64,000 nucleotides of DNA from Candidatus Cloacimonadales bacterium (GTDB taxonomy: Bacteria; Cloacimonadota; Cloacimonadia; Cloacimonadales; DAONDQ01), in contig OY759316.1 in NCBI GenBank assembly GCA_963662275.1, positions 192,001-256,000 on the forward strand. Direction: 5' to 3'. The notes below the pieces were generated by a model. It worked only from the letters and a program-made list of their open reading frames with translations, did no database searches and was not told the DNA's origin. A program made the translations under genes and the position numbers. Shown here piece after piece: positions 54,915 through 64,000 of the stretch. Numbering within the stretch: position 1 is the stretch's first letter; every line of letters starts with the position of its first letter.

Positions 54915-56456
54915 TCAATCCACCTTCACCATCTTACCATTTATCTTCCGATGATTGTCAACCACGACCTGGTACAAATACAATCCTGACGGTACTTTTT
55001 TGCCCGATACATCTTTCCCATCCCATACAAAATGCATATCAGCATCTAATTTATCAGGTGCACCCAACTTTCTTACCAGTTGCCCTTTCAAATTGTAAAT
55101 AGAAGTGACAGCATTCCTGCTATTCCCCTTTAAAACAATTTCTGTGCTTCCCCTGAATGGATTAGGATAAGAATTGGCAGAACTGATCACAGGTATTACT
55201 AAGGGATCTGAAGACTCTGTTACCCTTTCTATGGCATATATTTTGATATCATGGTCTATGATATAGTAAATATAGTTCCCACCAGAGCATACATAATACT
55301 GGTAATCTGGAATTGTTGTAAACAATGTATCAAAGGAAGCCTGGATCGTCTGATCCTGTAAGTCTATGCAGGCAAATTTACGGATATTGTCTGCTGGTAA
55401 AGAAACTCCCACAATGTATCTAGCGCTAACCTGGAAAAGCCTTTGAACATTCGGGTAATCCATGGGAACCAAAAAAGGGAAATTCGTGTCTGTATTAAAC
55501 TGATCATTGGCAAAATGATAGGTCTGATAGTATGGAGCAGTATCATATGTCTCTATGCAAATGAAGCGTTGATCGCCAAGGGGAATACTATCGTATTGTA
55601 TGGTAGGAGGTGGACCTAATTCAAAATCTGTACTTAAGCCAACTAATCTGATTTGATTATTGTTGTATTCCACAAAACCAAAAATACTGGTTCTCACTAA
55701 ACCGTCACTCCACCAGGCAGGATAAATCCCTCCACCTATATTTGGCTGTGTGTTATTAATAATGTAAAAAGCATTCTGAATGTTATTGATGGGAGAAGTG
55801 ATATTTCCATCAATGTCAATAACGCGATAAAAGTCATTGTTGTAGGAAACATAGATTAATAGATATTCATCTCCTAATAATGCCATTTTCATATTATCAG
55901 GGGATGTAAATGCTAAAGCGATTGATTGGTTGTCATTGATCAAATTCAAAGCATAGAGGTTGTTATCTGTCGAACTAACGTAGTAAACAGTATTGCCAAG
56001 TTGTTCTGCTTCTTCAGTCCAAACTTCAGTGTTGATACCATGATTCTCAAACACATGCACTGTAGGAATTGTGTTTAGTGCAACATCAGGAAGTTTAAAG
56101 ATGAAGATTTGCTCGAGATTCTTTAGATATATGTAAGTGAAATAATCTTTTTGTATACTTTTTAAGAACATTGGTTCTATTTCAAAGGTAGAGGGACTAT
56201 TGTAGGTGATCACGGGTTGAATTGCCGAGATAACGCCTTGAGGAGAACAAACAACCTTTCGAATAGAAATACTGGCGCTATCGACAATCGTATCATAGAA
56301 AACAAGACTTCCATCGGATTCCACATTGGCAAAAACCTGGCTGAAGCCGGATACACTGAAAGGGGTTCCAGCAACAGGATTGATTTGTGCGACCGTGATC
56401 CGGGCATATAACCCGGTTGTGCAGATAAGGATTAGGACAATCAGGAATTGTTTCAT
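54915..56456 (-). CDS. Secreted hypothetical protein with C-terminal sorting domain
   Basis: MKQFLIVLILICTTGLYA signal peptide after GGAGG (start moved to 56456); NSYPNPFRG...IYNLKGQLVR...WDGKD..G...SGLYLY. Confidence 0.78.
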   Translation of the reverse strand: MKQFLIVLILICTTGLYARITVAQINPVAGTPFSVSGFSQVFANVESDGSLVFYDTIVDSASISIRKVVCSPQGVISAIQPVITYNSPSTFEIEPMFLKSIQKDYFTYIYLKNLEQIFIFKLPDVALNTIPTVHVFENHGINTEVWTEEAEQLGNTVYYVSSTDNNLYALNLINDNQSIALAFTSPDNMKMALLGDEYLLIYVSYNNDFYRVIDIDGNITSPINNIQNAFYIINNTQPNIGGGIYPAWWSDGLVRTSIFGFVEYNNNQIRLVGLSTDFELGPPPTIQYDSIPLGDQRFICIETYDTAPYYQTYHFANDQFNTDTNFPFLVPMDYPNVQRLFQVSARYIVGVSLPADNIRKFACIDLQDQTIQASFDTLFTTIPDYQYYVCSGGNYIYYIIDHDIKIYAIERVTESSDPLVIPVISSANSYPNPFRGSTEIVLKGNSRNAVTSIYNLKGQLVRKLGAPDKLDADMHFVWDGKDVSGKKVPSGLYLYQVVVDNHRKINGKMVKVD

Positions 56457-56593
56457 GCTAAACCTCCCTTGGCTGTACATGACTTAACGATAAGGGATGC
56501 ATTAATTATTCCATTTCAAAGAGAGTTATCTTTATAATAATATAAACAGCAAATATTATTACATAGTCAAGCTATAAGATTTTCTCCTGATAA

Positions 56594-56620
56594 AGAGACA
56601 CCCAAGTTGGGTGTCTCTAC
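56594..56620. repeat. GTAG-type REP palindrome in a divergent promoter region
   Basis: AGAGACACCCAA-G-TTGGGTGTCTCT (12-1-12); GTAG on the minus strand. Confidence 0.75.
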
Positions 56621-56698
56621 AGTGAGATTTCAGGTACTTGACAAAATTGATGTCTAAATTCTGCTGGTTCATAGAAAAACATATTTAGAGAGGTTGAT

Positions 56699-58471
56699 AT
56701 GAACATGCGCTGGAGTCTTGATTCACTCTATACATCTTTTGATTCGGAAGCATTCCAGAATGATCTGACGAAAGTTGATAAAGTCATTGCTGACATGCAG
56801 AATTTTGTAAAAGAACATATTGAGCAGCAATCTGAACTGAACCCTACTGTGATACTCGACGAATACGTCCAGAAGATGAATTCAATGTCTGATTTCAGCA
56901 GAAGGCTGATGGGTTTTGCTTCTCTTTCTTCATCGGTTGATACAAAAAATACTGATGCTCAGAAATACCAGGAAATGCTAAGCAAGAAGTTTGTGGAACT
57001 GACTGAGTCAGAAGTACGTTTTGAGAAATGGCTTTGCGAATTGAAAGATTTGGGGGCTGTCATAGCAGCTTCTCCACTGCTGGAAGAGCATCGATATCAC
57101 TTGGAAAGAACTGTCAAATTGCACACTTACATGCTCAGTGAAAAAGAAGAAGTGATGGCTTCAAAACTGAAAAACACTGGTTCAACTGCGTGGACTCATC
57201 TTCAGAATGTTATGTCATCTACTTTGCTTGTGGAACTGGAATTGAATGGTAAAACACAGTCATACCCACTTCCTGTAATCCGCAATATGGCATATGACAG
57301 TAATCCTGAAACACGGAGAAAAGCTTATGAAGCTGAATTGAAGGCTTATGAGAAGATTGAGGAAGTTTCTGCTTCCTGCTTGAATGCTATTAAAGGTGAA
57401 GTCTTGACGATGAGCAAGATACGCGGGTATTCTTCTCCTCTCGAAAAAGGCTTACTCGATTCAGATATGGATAAGGAAACCTTGGATGCTATGCTGGCAG
57501 CGATGAAGGAAAGCCTTCCCTGGTTCAGGAAGTATCTCCTGAAAAAGGCAGAAATTCTAGGTCATAAAGAAGGTCTACCATTCTATGATCTATTTGCTCC
57601 GATGGGTTCTATTGAAAAAAAATATACTTATGAGGAAGCCAGGGATTATGTCGTGGAGAATTTCCGTTCCTTCAATCCAGAACTGGCTGAGTTTGCTGAC
57701 AAAGCATTCGAAGAGCAGTGGATCGATGCTGAACCACGTCAAGGTAAGCGGGGAGGGGCTTTTTGCTCTGGACTGCATGGTTTGAAAGAATGTCGTATCC
57801 TGACTAACTTCAACGGTAACTTCAACGATGTGACCACGTTGGCTCATGAATTGGGGCATGGATACCACGGTAAGTGCCTGTATAATGAAACCAGTTCAAA
57901 TAGCGGTTATCCTATGCCTTTGGCTGAAACTGCATCCACATTCTGTGAAACCATTGTTTTCCAGGCTGCTTTAAAAAAAGCAACTCCTGATGAAGCATTC
58001 ACCTTACTGGAAACAAGTATCTCAGATGCAACTCAGATCATCGTTGATATCTACAGCCGTTACTTATTTGAAAGCAAGTTGTTCGAAATGCGTGAATCCA
58101 GTTCTCTTCCAGTAGCTGACTTAAAAAAGATTATGTTGGAAGCACAGGAAGAAGCATACGGTGAAGGTTTACATAAAGATCTCAGGCATCCTTATATGTG
58201 GCTCAATAAACCACACTACTATTATGCCGGCAGTAACTTCTACAATTATCCCTATGCCTTCGGTCAACTCTTTGCCATAGGCTTATATGCTGAATATCTG
58301 AGGCGGGGAATGGAATTTGTTCCTGCGTATGATGCGTTATTAAGAGCAACCGGTAAGAATGGAATAACGGATGTGGCAAAATCAGTTGGTATCAATGTGA
58401 ATAGCATTGATTTCTGGAGAAGTTCACTGGATGTCATGAAAAAGGATATTGAGCATTTCCTGAGTTTGTAA
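56699..58471 (+). CDS. pepF: Oligoendopeptidase F (M3B family)
   Basis: WSLDSLY, WID..PR.GKRGGAFC, TLAHELGHGYH, LAETASTFCE, KPHYY...FYNYPYAFG. Confidence 0.92.
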   Translation: MNMRWSLDSLYTSFDSEAFQNDLTKVDKVIADMQNFVKEHIEQQSELNPTVILDEYVQKMNSMSDFSRRLMGFASLSSSVDTKNTDAQKYQEMLSKKFVELTESEVRFEKWLCELKDLGAVIAASPLLEEHRYHLERTVKLHTYMLSEKEEVMASKLKNTGSTAWTHLQNVMSSTLLVELELNGKTQSYPLPVIRNMAYDSNPETRRKAYEAELKAYEKIEEVSASCLNAIKGEVLTMSKIRGYSSPLEKGLLDSDMDKETLDAMLAAMKESLPWFRKYLLKKAEILGHKEGLPFYDLFAPMGSIEKKYTYEEARDYVVENFRSFNPELAEFADKAFEEQWIDAEPRQGKRGGAFCSGLHGLKECRILTNFNGNFNDVTTLAHELGHGYHGKCLYNETSSNSGYPMPLAETASTFCETIVFQAALKKATPDEAFTLLETSISDATQIIVDIYSRYLFESKLFEMRESSSLPVADLKKIMLEAQEEAYGEGLHKDLRHPYMWLNKPHYYYAGSNFYNYPYAFGQLFAIGLYAEYLRRGMEFVPAYDALLRATGKNGITDVAKSVGINVNSIDFWRSSLDVMKKDIEHFLSL

Positions 58472-58508
58472 AGTAATGATCAGTAGATTATAAAACAGGG
58501 AGAAACAT

Positions 58509-58961
58509 ATGAAAAGAATCATCTTGATTACCCTTATAGTTGCTCTATTCACGACTTCTTTCTTATTTGCACAAACTCAACAGCAGAAAATGGACAAACG
58601 TGTGAAAATACTCATTGTACTACTCGATGGCAAACCATCCTGGTTCAAGCAGTCGATCATTGATTCTCTAAAAATCTATTACAGGGTCGATACGATTGAA
58701 GCTAAAACACCACAGGAAGTCAGAGCCTTTGAATATAAGGCTGTCATTATCATGGACCAGCTCAAAGCCTGGATGATGGGTAACGGGAAACTCAAGAGTT
58801 TCACGAAAGTTATGGATCCGAAGCATACGGTCTATTTCGTCACTTCAGGTGATAAAAAATGGAAATGGAAAAAACAGGGGATCACTGCCATTACATCAGC
58901 TTCCACACCTGCGAAGATACCGGAAATTGTGAAGAATTTACAATTGAAGATTGAACGATAG
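58509..58961 (+). CDS. Hypothetical exported protein (150 aa)
   Basis: GGAG RBS; signal peptide MKRIILITLIVALFTTSFLFA. Confidence 0.7.
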   Translation: MKRIILITLIVALFTTSFLFAQTQQQKMDKRVKILIVLLDGKPSWFKQSIIDSLKIYYRVDTIEAKTPQEVRAFEYKAVIIMDQLKAWMMGNGKLKSFTKVMDPKHTVYFVTSGDKKWKWKKQGITAITSASTPAKIPEIVKNLQLKIER

Positions 58962-59087
58962 AAGAAGGAGCAAGAGACCAGAGGCTAGGGAAGAATTGAA
59001 AATACGAAGTGCGAAGTGGATAACCACCAGGAAATAAATCGACTTTCAAGTCTGTTCGCTTTTAATTTTAAATCTTTAATTTTTAAT

Positions 59088-59115
59088 TCTCATATTTTCC
59101 CCGGAAAATATGAGA
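59088..59115. repeat. Perfect 13-2-13 palindrome between convergent genes
   Basis: TCTCATATTTTCC-cc-GGAAAATATGAGA. Confidence 0.75.
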
Positions 59116-59121
59116 TAGGTT

Positions 59122-59165
59122 TCATCTAGGCATTATCTAGGGATCATCTAGGGATCATCTAGACT
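59122..59165. repeat. 11-bp tandem repeat (TCATCTAGGGA) x4
   Basis: tcatctaggca/ttatctaggga/tcatctaggga/tcatctagact. Confidence 0.8.
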
Positions 59166-59452
59166 TTTTTAGTTTTTCTTAGGTTGATGCTTAGTTTTTT
59201 GTTATTTTCAAATTTCATGATCTTTCTTGACGTTTATATTGCCAATAGATAAACCAACCAAAACACATCACACTTAGGATCAGCACTATAATACCTCTAA
59301 ACTAAAGGAATATCTTATTCAAATGCAACGACATTACATTCTCTGCAACTGAAATACTGGCTTTTTTTATCCTTTCGTAAAGTACTCTCTTTTCAAGTAT
59401 TTTTCTGTATTTTCCACATAGTAGGATAGAACCCAGTCTTGTGGTTTTTCTG

Positions 59453-61039
59453 CTAAATATTTCGGTTCCAATTATCCGCTTTATTGCTCTTATCTTCTTC
59501 TGTGTATATCTTTACAGCTTCCCGGAAGCGATGATGTGAAAAGATTCTCATGAATTCTGTGAAATAGATATCAGCTACTGTAAGGTCATTCCGAATGATA
59601 AGCATATTCTCATCATTTCCATGCGTGCTTTCGTCACTCCAATTAGCTGAGCCAGATATAACAGTAGGTTTTGTTCCTAACGGGTCAACAAGCATAAACT
59701 TAGTATGGACCCAGGGAACACCACTTCCGAGAGAGAAACGTTCTTCCAGCCAACCATCAATTGTTTTCACTTTGATATAGTCTCCCACAGCCATACAGAT
59801 ATTGGGGAATTTACGGATTCTGTCTATTTCTGCCTTGGCTTCTTTACTATTTCTACCACAACTGGGATATTTATCGAGCATTGCAAAGCGTAAAACAGAA
59901 TCTTCATGATCAAACACTTTAGCAAAGCCATCTAAAATACCGAATGGGAAAGTCATGAAAAGAGCCTCTGTTGCACTTGAAGCAGTACTCTTGTACCATT
60001 CCAGAACCCTGTCTTCTGTTTTAGTTCCCTTATGCGGAGAAAAAATAACCGGTATTGAATCTGCCTTCTCTTCTAGTGGAAATACGTTATTGGTTTCCAC
60101 CCATTCCTGCATAACTTTATGTTCATCATCCTTCTTTAATTCCATCCAATAATTGAGATATTGCTGTGCAAGAACTGGGTCTTCCACGATGATACCGTTA
60201 TTCAACTGACCATATACTGCGTTTTCAGAAGCATTCATGGAGCCGGTCCAGGCGGCTATAGGTTTGCCCAGATGCGATAATACAACAAATTTGTTATGCA
60301 TGACTGGCGCATTTATTCTGGGAAAACAATAAGGGTCTAATTTTCCTTCATGGATAGCTTGTTTTGTTTTTTGGGTTCCTGAAGCATTTGGCTCAGCATC
60401 ATAAATGATTTCAACAGATACTTTACGAGCTACTGCTTCAGCAAACATCTGGAGTATTTTTGGCAAATTGAATTCATAAAATGCGCAGTGCAGACTATAA
60501 TCTTTATTTTCCGCGCGTTTGATAAAGCTCTCAAATCCATCCAGCAAACCTCTCTCTAACCACTGATAAGCAGCATCTCCAACTTTCGAAGGTTTTTCCC
60601 TGCCAAATTTCTTCGTATATGCCTGTGAGGCTATTGCTCCCATATTAAAGAACACAGATATTTTCTCTCCAAAGGGTTTTTCTGTGGAAATCTCGACTTC
60701 AGTTAATGATCCTTTTTGTAATTTCCCAGGTTCTCCGCGCATGGGATAGATTCGATAGATGTAAGTATATCCCGGTTTTGCTGTATAATCTGCCCATTGA
60801 AAACCTTGAATTGGTGCGACCAAGCTCGAATAATCCGTCACCGTTGAACCAGCATTGCATTTTTCAAATGTTTTATTACCACGTAACCAAACGACTTCTC
60901 CGGTTTCTTTGTCTTGCCGTTGGATAGCAAACCCCATGAGATCGTTTGTGTTCTCAACCTGCATGTTCAACCCCAAAAACACGACATGCGTTCCACTAAT
61001 TGCATAAACCGTGACTTCACCATTCTTTTTTACACGCAT
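59453..61039 (-). CDS. Phospholipase D superfamily protein with two HxK domains (Nuc-like); probable 3' frameshift, natural end near 59367
   Basis: MHNKFVVL...TGSMN and VHTKFMLVD...SGSANWS; ATG 61039 follows AGGAGG. Confidence 0.88.
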   Translation of the reverse strand: MRVKKNGEVTVYAISGTHVVFLGLNMQVENTNDLMGFAIQRQDKETGEVVWLRGNKTFEKCNAGSTVTDYSSLVAPIQGFQWADYTAKPGYTYIYRIYPMRGEPGKLQKGSLTEVEISTEKPFGEKISVFFNMGAIASQAYTKKFGREKPSKVGDAAYQWLERGLLDGFESFIKRAENKDYSLHCAFYEFNLPKILQMFAEAVARKVSVEIIYDAEPNASGTQKTKQAIHEGKLDPYCFPRINAPVMHNKFVVLSHLGKPIAAWTGSMNASENAVYGQLNNGIIVEDPVLAQQYLNYWMELKKDDEHKVMQEWVETNNVFPLEEKADSIPVIFSPHKGTKTEDRVLEWYKSTASSATEALFMTFPFGILDGFAKVFDHEDSVLRFAMLDKYPSCGRNSKEAKAEIDRIRKFPNICMAVGDYIKVKTIDGWLEERFSLGSGVPWVHTKFMLVDPLGTKPTVISGSANWSDESTHGNDENMLIIRNDLTVADIYFTEFMRIFSHHRFREAVKIYTEEDKSNKADNWNRNI

Positions 61040-61166
61040 AATATCCTCCTGATTTTGTTTACTTAAGTTTTCACCCAATATTTTCTTATCCATTCTAACG
61101 AAATACATGAAGAGTCCATATTGGGTTGAATCTATTACCCAATAATATATTATTTTGATTTCTCAG

Positions 61167-62330
61167 TTATAAAGCTAGAAGAATCAATATAGCTAAGGAT
61201 GCTCCTCCAATTACTTTAAGTGCAAGGCTTCTGTTATTTTGTTCTATCCCTTGAATTTGTTCAGGTGATGCTAGAACCAATGGAAGCTGGTAGAATTTGC
61301 TGCCTTCATTATTTTTGAAATCAAGAGGATTGGAACTTTGAGCATTATACGTTATTGGTAATGAGATATTAAAAGTATCAGCTTTCGCTGTATTATCTAT
61401 ATACATTTTGTATTTGGAATTAAATTTATATAATTTCGCTCTAGCTGGTGGTTTATTTTTATACAAAACTGGAAATACACTGGGGTCTTTATCAGTTATT
61501 AACATACTATTTGTACTATCGCCTTGTAATGCATTGTTAATTTGATATAATGATACTCCATTAGGGAGGATTTGCTGAGGCCAGTACGTAATACATGAAT
61601 CAGACTGAGTTTTATGAAATAGGTGTGATTCCATATCTTGATTAATATGGAAATCTTTTTCATCTGTTTTCTTTAGTTTAATGTATGATCCTTCTTGATA
61701 TGGTGTTTTAAATTCTAGTAGTAGTTGATTTTTATAGTTTATATTAAGAACTTGTGAAGAAGTAACTAAAATATTATTAGTATGTAAAAACTGCTCTACA
61801 GATAGCGTATCATTCAGGATATGAATATATCTTTCTTTCTTATAGATGTTATCGAGCTTGATTAAAAGCTCTGTTTTAGATGAATCAATTAGAGTTTTGC
61901 TGGATGAAATTTCATCTTTTCCAAGAATAAGTGAACCGTGAAAATCTGAACTATTGAGTCCGGAATATATAGCCATTATATTGGGGTTATTTTTAAAACG
62001 AAACATAGAATAATACTGACGATCAGTATAGAACTCAAAAGACACTACATCATCAATATCATGGTCTTTAGGCAATTTACCGAAATTATCTAGATAAATT
62101 ATTGCTTTAGCACTTTTTAAGCTTGAGCCAGGGTTTTTTGTATTTGGAAGTGATTTATATATAGACTCTCCGTCCTCAATATTTATCGGTATTTGAACAC
62201 AAATACGTAAATTTCTATTTACAGAATGCTCTTGTGAAAAAAGATAATTAGTAAAAATTACTAACAAAAAAAGGCATATGATAGTTAATTCTATCTTTTT
62301 GCTTTGCTTAAAAGATACAAATAGTTCCAT
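61167..62330 (-). CDS. Hypothetical exported or membrane protein (N-terminal signal/TM, C-terminal TM anchor)
   Basis: 387-aa ORF; IELTIICLFLLVIFTNYLFS near the N-terminus, VIGGASLAILILLAL at the C-terminus; AT-rich. Confidence 0.7.
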   Translation of the reverse strand: MELFVSFKQSKKIELTIICLFLLVIFTNYLFSQEHSVNRNLRICVQIPINIEDGESIYKSLPNTKNPGSSLKSAKAIIYLDNFGKLPKDHDIDDVVSFEFYTDRQYYSMFRFKNNPNIMAIYSGLNSSDFHGSLILGKDEISSSKTLIDSSKTELLIKLDNIYKKERYIHILNDTLSVEQFLHTNNILVTSSQVLNINYKNQLLLEFKTPYQEGSYIKLKKTDEKDFHINQDMESHLFHKTQSDSCITYWPQQILPNGVSLYQINNALQGDSTNSMLITDKDPSVFPVLYKNKPPARAKLYKFNSKYKMYIDNTAKADTFNISLPITYNAQSSNPLDFKNNEGSKFYQLPLVLASPEQIQGIEQNNRSLALKVIGGASLAILILLAL

Positions 62331-62818
62331 TTTTTTAGTACCACCATTTCATTTTTTATGTCTCTTGAATGATAAGGGAAATCAATAGTAAGATAATGGT
62401 TATTCAGTTTTTGGTCGTAAATAAACTTCAGATTAATAATTATTGTCCCAATAGTATGAGGATTCTGTTGATACCAATTGATTTCCTTATCTGAAATACT
62501 ATAGAATTTTATATCATATATTTTTGTTGTATCAGGATGCTCGCTAAAAAGTTTTTCCTGGTAAACAGTCGAACGAATATTTTCTTTGATTAAGCAATCA
62601 TTGCATAGACGATCCCACTGGATCTTTGAGATAGTCACTGTTTTGGGTGCTTGACGAGGATTATTACCTGATTCTGAAAAAAAATCAGGTAAAAAGATCT
62701 TAAGCACAATAAATACAATACCTAATGTTATGCCCATAGCAGATAACATCATATACATATCTAAAGAAAAGAGATTAATATCATCTCCGCTAGATTCTAT
62801 ATCATGTCTTCGTTTCAT
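62291..62818 (-). CDS. Single-pass membrane protein with ExbD/TolR/MotB-like N-terminus
   Basis: MKRR...DDINLFSLDMYMMLSAMGITLGIVFIVL: basic N-terminus, Asp at the start of the TM helix; ATGA overlap with the upstream MotA-like gene. Confidence 0.55.
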   Translation of the reverse strand: MKRRHDIESSGDDINLFSLDMYMMLSAMGITLGIVFIVLKIFLPDFFSESGNNPRQAPKTVTISKIQWDRLCNDCLIKENIRSTVYQEKLFSEHPDTTKIYDIKFYSISDKEINWYQQNPHTIGTIIINLKFIYDQKLNNHYLTIDFPYHSRDIKNEMVVLKKWNYLYLLSKAKR

Positions 62819-63999
62819 CGTTTATCCTTTGAAAAAACATCCATAACTAGTTTAGCTATTCCTTGAAGGAAATTGACTATGTCTTGGATTAAAGTTGAAT
62901 CACCTTTTGGGGGACATTTCAGTTTCTTAATTTCTTGAAGTGCTTCATTAATGTCTTCAGTATCGGATGTAATTTTCTGTACGTTCTCAGATAATTTAAT
63001 TGTATTTCTATTGATATTTTCATTATTGATACGAATTGAATCAGTATCGTCCTTAATTTCATTTGTTTTTGCAGCAATTGAGGGTAATTGAGTGGAAATT
63101 TTCTCTGTATTAAGACTAATATCTGAAGTATGTTTATCGATTAATCCTGTGTGCCCAACTATATTTGTAGTATCATCTTTGATAAATGCAGTATTTTTCT
63201 GTATTAAATCCGTATAACTGGATATTTCCTCAGTGTTTTGGTTTATGCTCGATGCGTTGTCTCGAATTTCTTCAACATCTGCTTTAATATCTTTTGCTAT
63301 AGAACCTATATCAGAAGCTTCTCCACTAATCACCTGCAATTTATTAATAATGGTATTTGCGTGCTCTTCTACTCTACAACGATATCCCATTGTAAATTCT
63401 GGTCTTTCTTGCATTTTGAGATATGCAGTTTCAATTAATTCTCTGTTTGAAAAAATTCGTAGACCCGTAATACCCAATATTAACTCTAGAAAAAAAGTGG
63501 CACTATGTGCCACAATACTTGTGATAACTGCGACGGAATTCCCAAGTAATGCTTGAATCATAGAATCTTTAATTATTGATGAGATATTTCCATTACCGTC
63601 ATCAGCTGCTTTCAGTTGCATCATTCCCTGAGCCATTTCATAAAATGCCAACATTACACCAAAGAGTGTTCCAAGGATTCCTAAACGCACTATCCAGGAT
63701 AATAAAACTCCCATTGTTCTATTTGATTGATTGAGTTTTTCCGTTTCTTTTTCATAGTTGTTTTCAAATATTTCTTCCATCAGTTCAGGCTTTCCCTTAT
63801 AGTGCCACATCTCATAGATTAATTTGAAAAGAGGAAATCTTCTATGCTCAGCTAAGTTATCAAAATATACATTATCCATTTCTGGAATATTCACATGACG
63901 GTAATGTTTCCTGATAAGCAAATCATATCTATATTGATACAGAATTCTGAATAAAATAACTAGAAATACAACAAACATCATTATCGACATTGCAAGATA
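62815..63999 (-). CDS. MotA/TolQ/ExbB-family proton-channel protein with long C-terminal heptad tail (ZorA-like architecture); possibly 5'-truncated by the window
   Basis: LGILGTLFGVMLAF and AL...SVAVITSIVA TM motifs; 20 consecutive Ile/Leu heptads; frame stays open to the window edge upstream of ATG 63990. Confidence 0.75.
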   Translation of the reverse strand, partial: YLAMSIMMFVVFLVILFRILYQYRYDLLIRKHYRHVNIPEMDNVYFDNLAEHRRFPLFKLIYEMWHYKGKPELMEEIFENNYEKETEKLNQSNRTMGVLLSWIVRLGILGTLFGVMLAFYEMAQGMMQLKAADDGNGNISSIIKDSMIQALLGNSVAVITSIVAHSATFFLELILGITGLRIFSNRELIETAYLKMQERPEFTMGYRCRVEEHANTIINKLQVISGEASDIGSIAKDIKADVEEIRDNASSINQNTEEISSYTDLIQKNTAFIKDDTTNIVGHTGLIDKHTSDISLNTEKISTQLPSIAAKTNEIKDDTDSIRINNENINRNTIKLSENVQKITSDTEDINEALQEIKKLKCPPKGDSTLIQDIVNFLQGIAKLVMDVFSKDKR

Positions 64000-64000
64000 G

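Noticed and set aside
62291..63999. Calling these genes zorA/zorB or exbB/exbD outright
   Set aside because: No OmpA-like domain is recognisable in the second gene, no zorC/D/E is present in the window, and the long tail is atypical for ExbB; left as family-level calls.

Overview
AT-rich bacterial chromosomal segment. The gene repertoire suggests an FCB-group anaerobe, probably Ca. Cloacimonadota (inference): seven secreted proteins end in a YPNP-type FlgD-Ig/T9SS-like C-terminal domain, and there is a gingipain-like C25 peptidase and a Na+-decarboxylase beta subunit. Housekeeping blocks (rsmG-parA-parB; oadB-cdd-radical SAM; amidase-glgP; dapA-M16C-rsgA-nadK-recN-NfeD/SPFH-eno; hppA; pepF) alternate with large secreted-protein genes. 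There are four IS copies. Two IS4-like copies form a head-to-tail dimer with three copies of a 14-bp target. Two 1861-bp Mutator/IS256-like copies each have their own 8-bp TSD. Best leads: (1) both Mutator-like copies lie in the same orientation with the TSD exactly 26 bp upstream of a CTTGAC(A/T) -35-like box, suggesting promoter-targeted transposition, and their transposase seems to need a +1 shift at an A7 tract; (2) an AT-rich operon at the right edge encodes a MotA/ExbB-like protein with a 20-heptad IxxNTxx-type tail, an ExbD/MotB-like partner and a membrane protein, next to a PLD-family gene with a 3' frameshift (Zorya-like but non-canonical); (3) hppA is flanked by a diverged duplication of the eno terminator region; (4) there is a rich set of REP/BIME/MITE-like intergenic repeats. 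No rRNA, tRNA or CRISPR array was recognised. All calls come from reading motifs by eye; no database searches were run.
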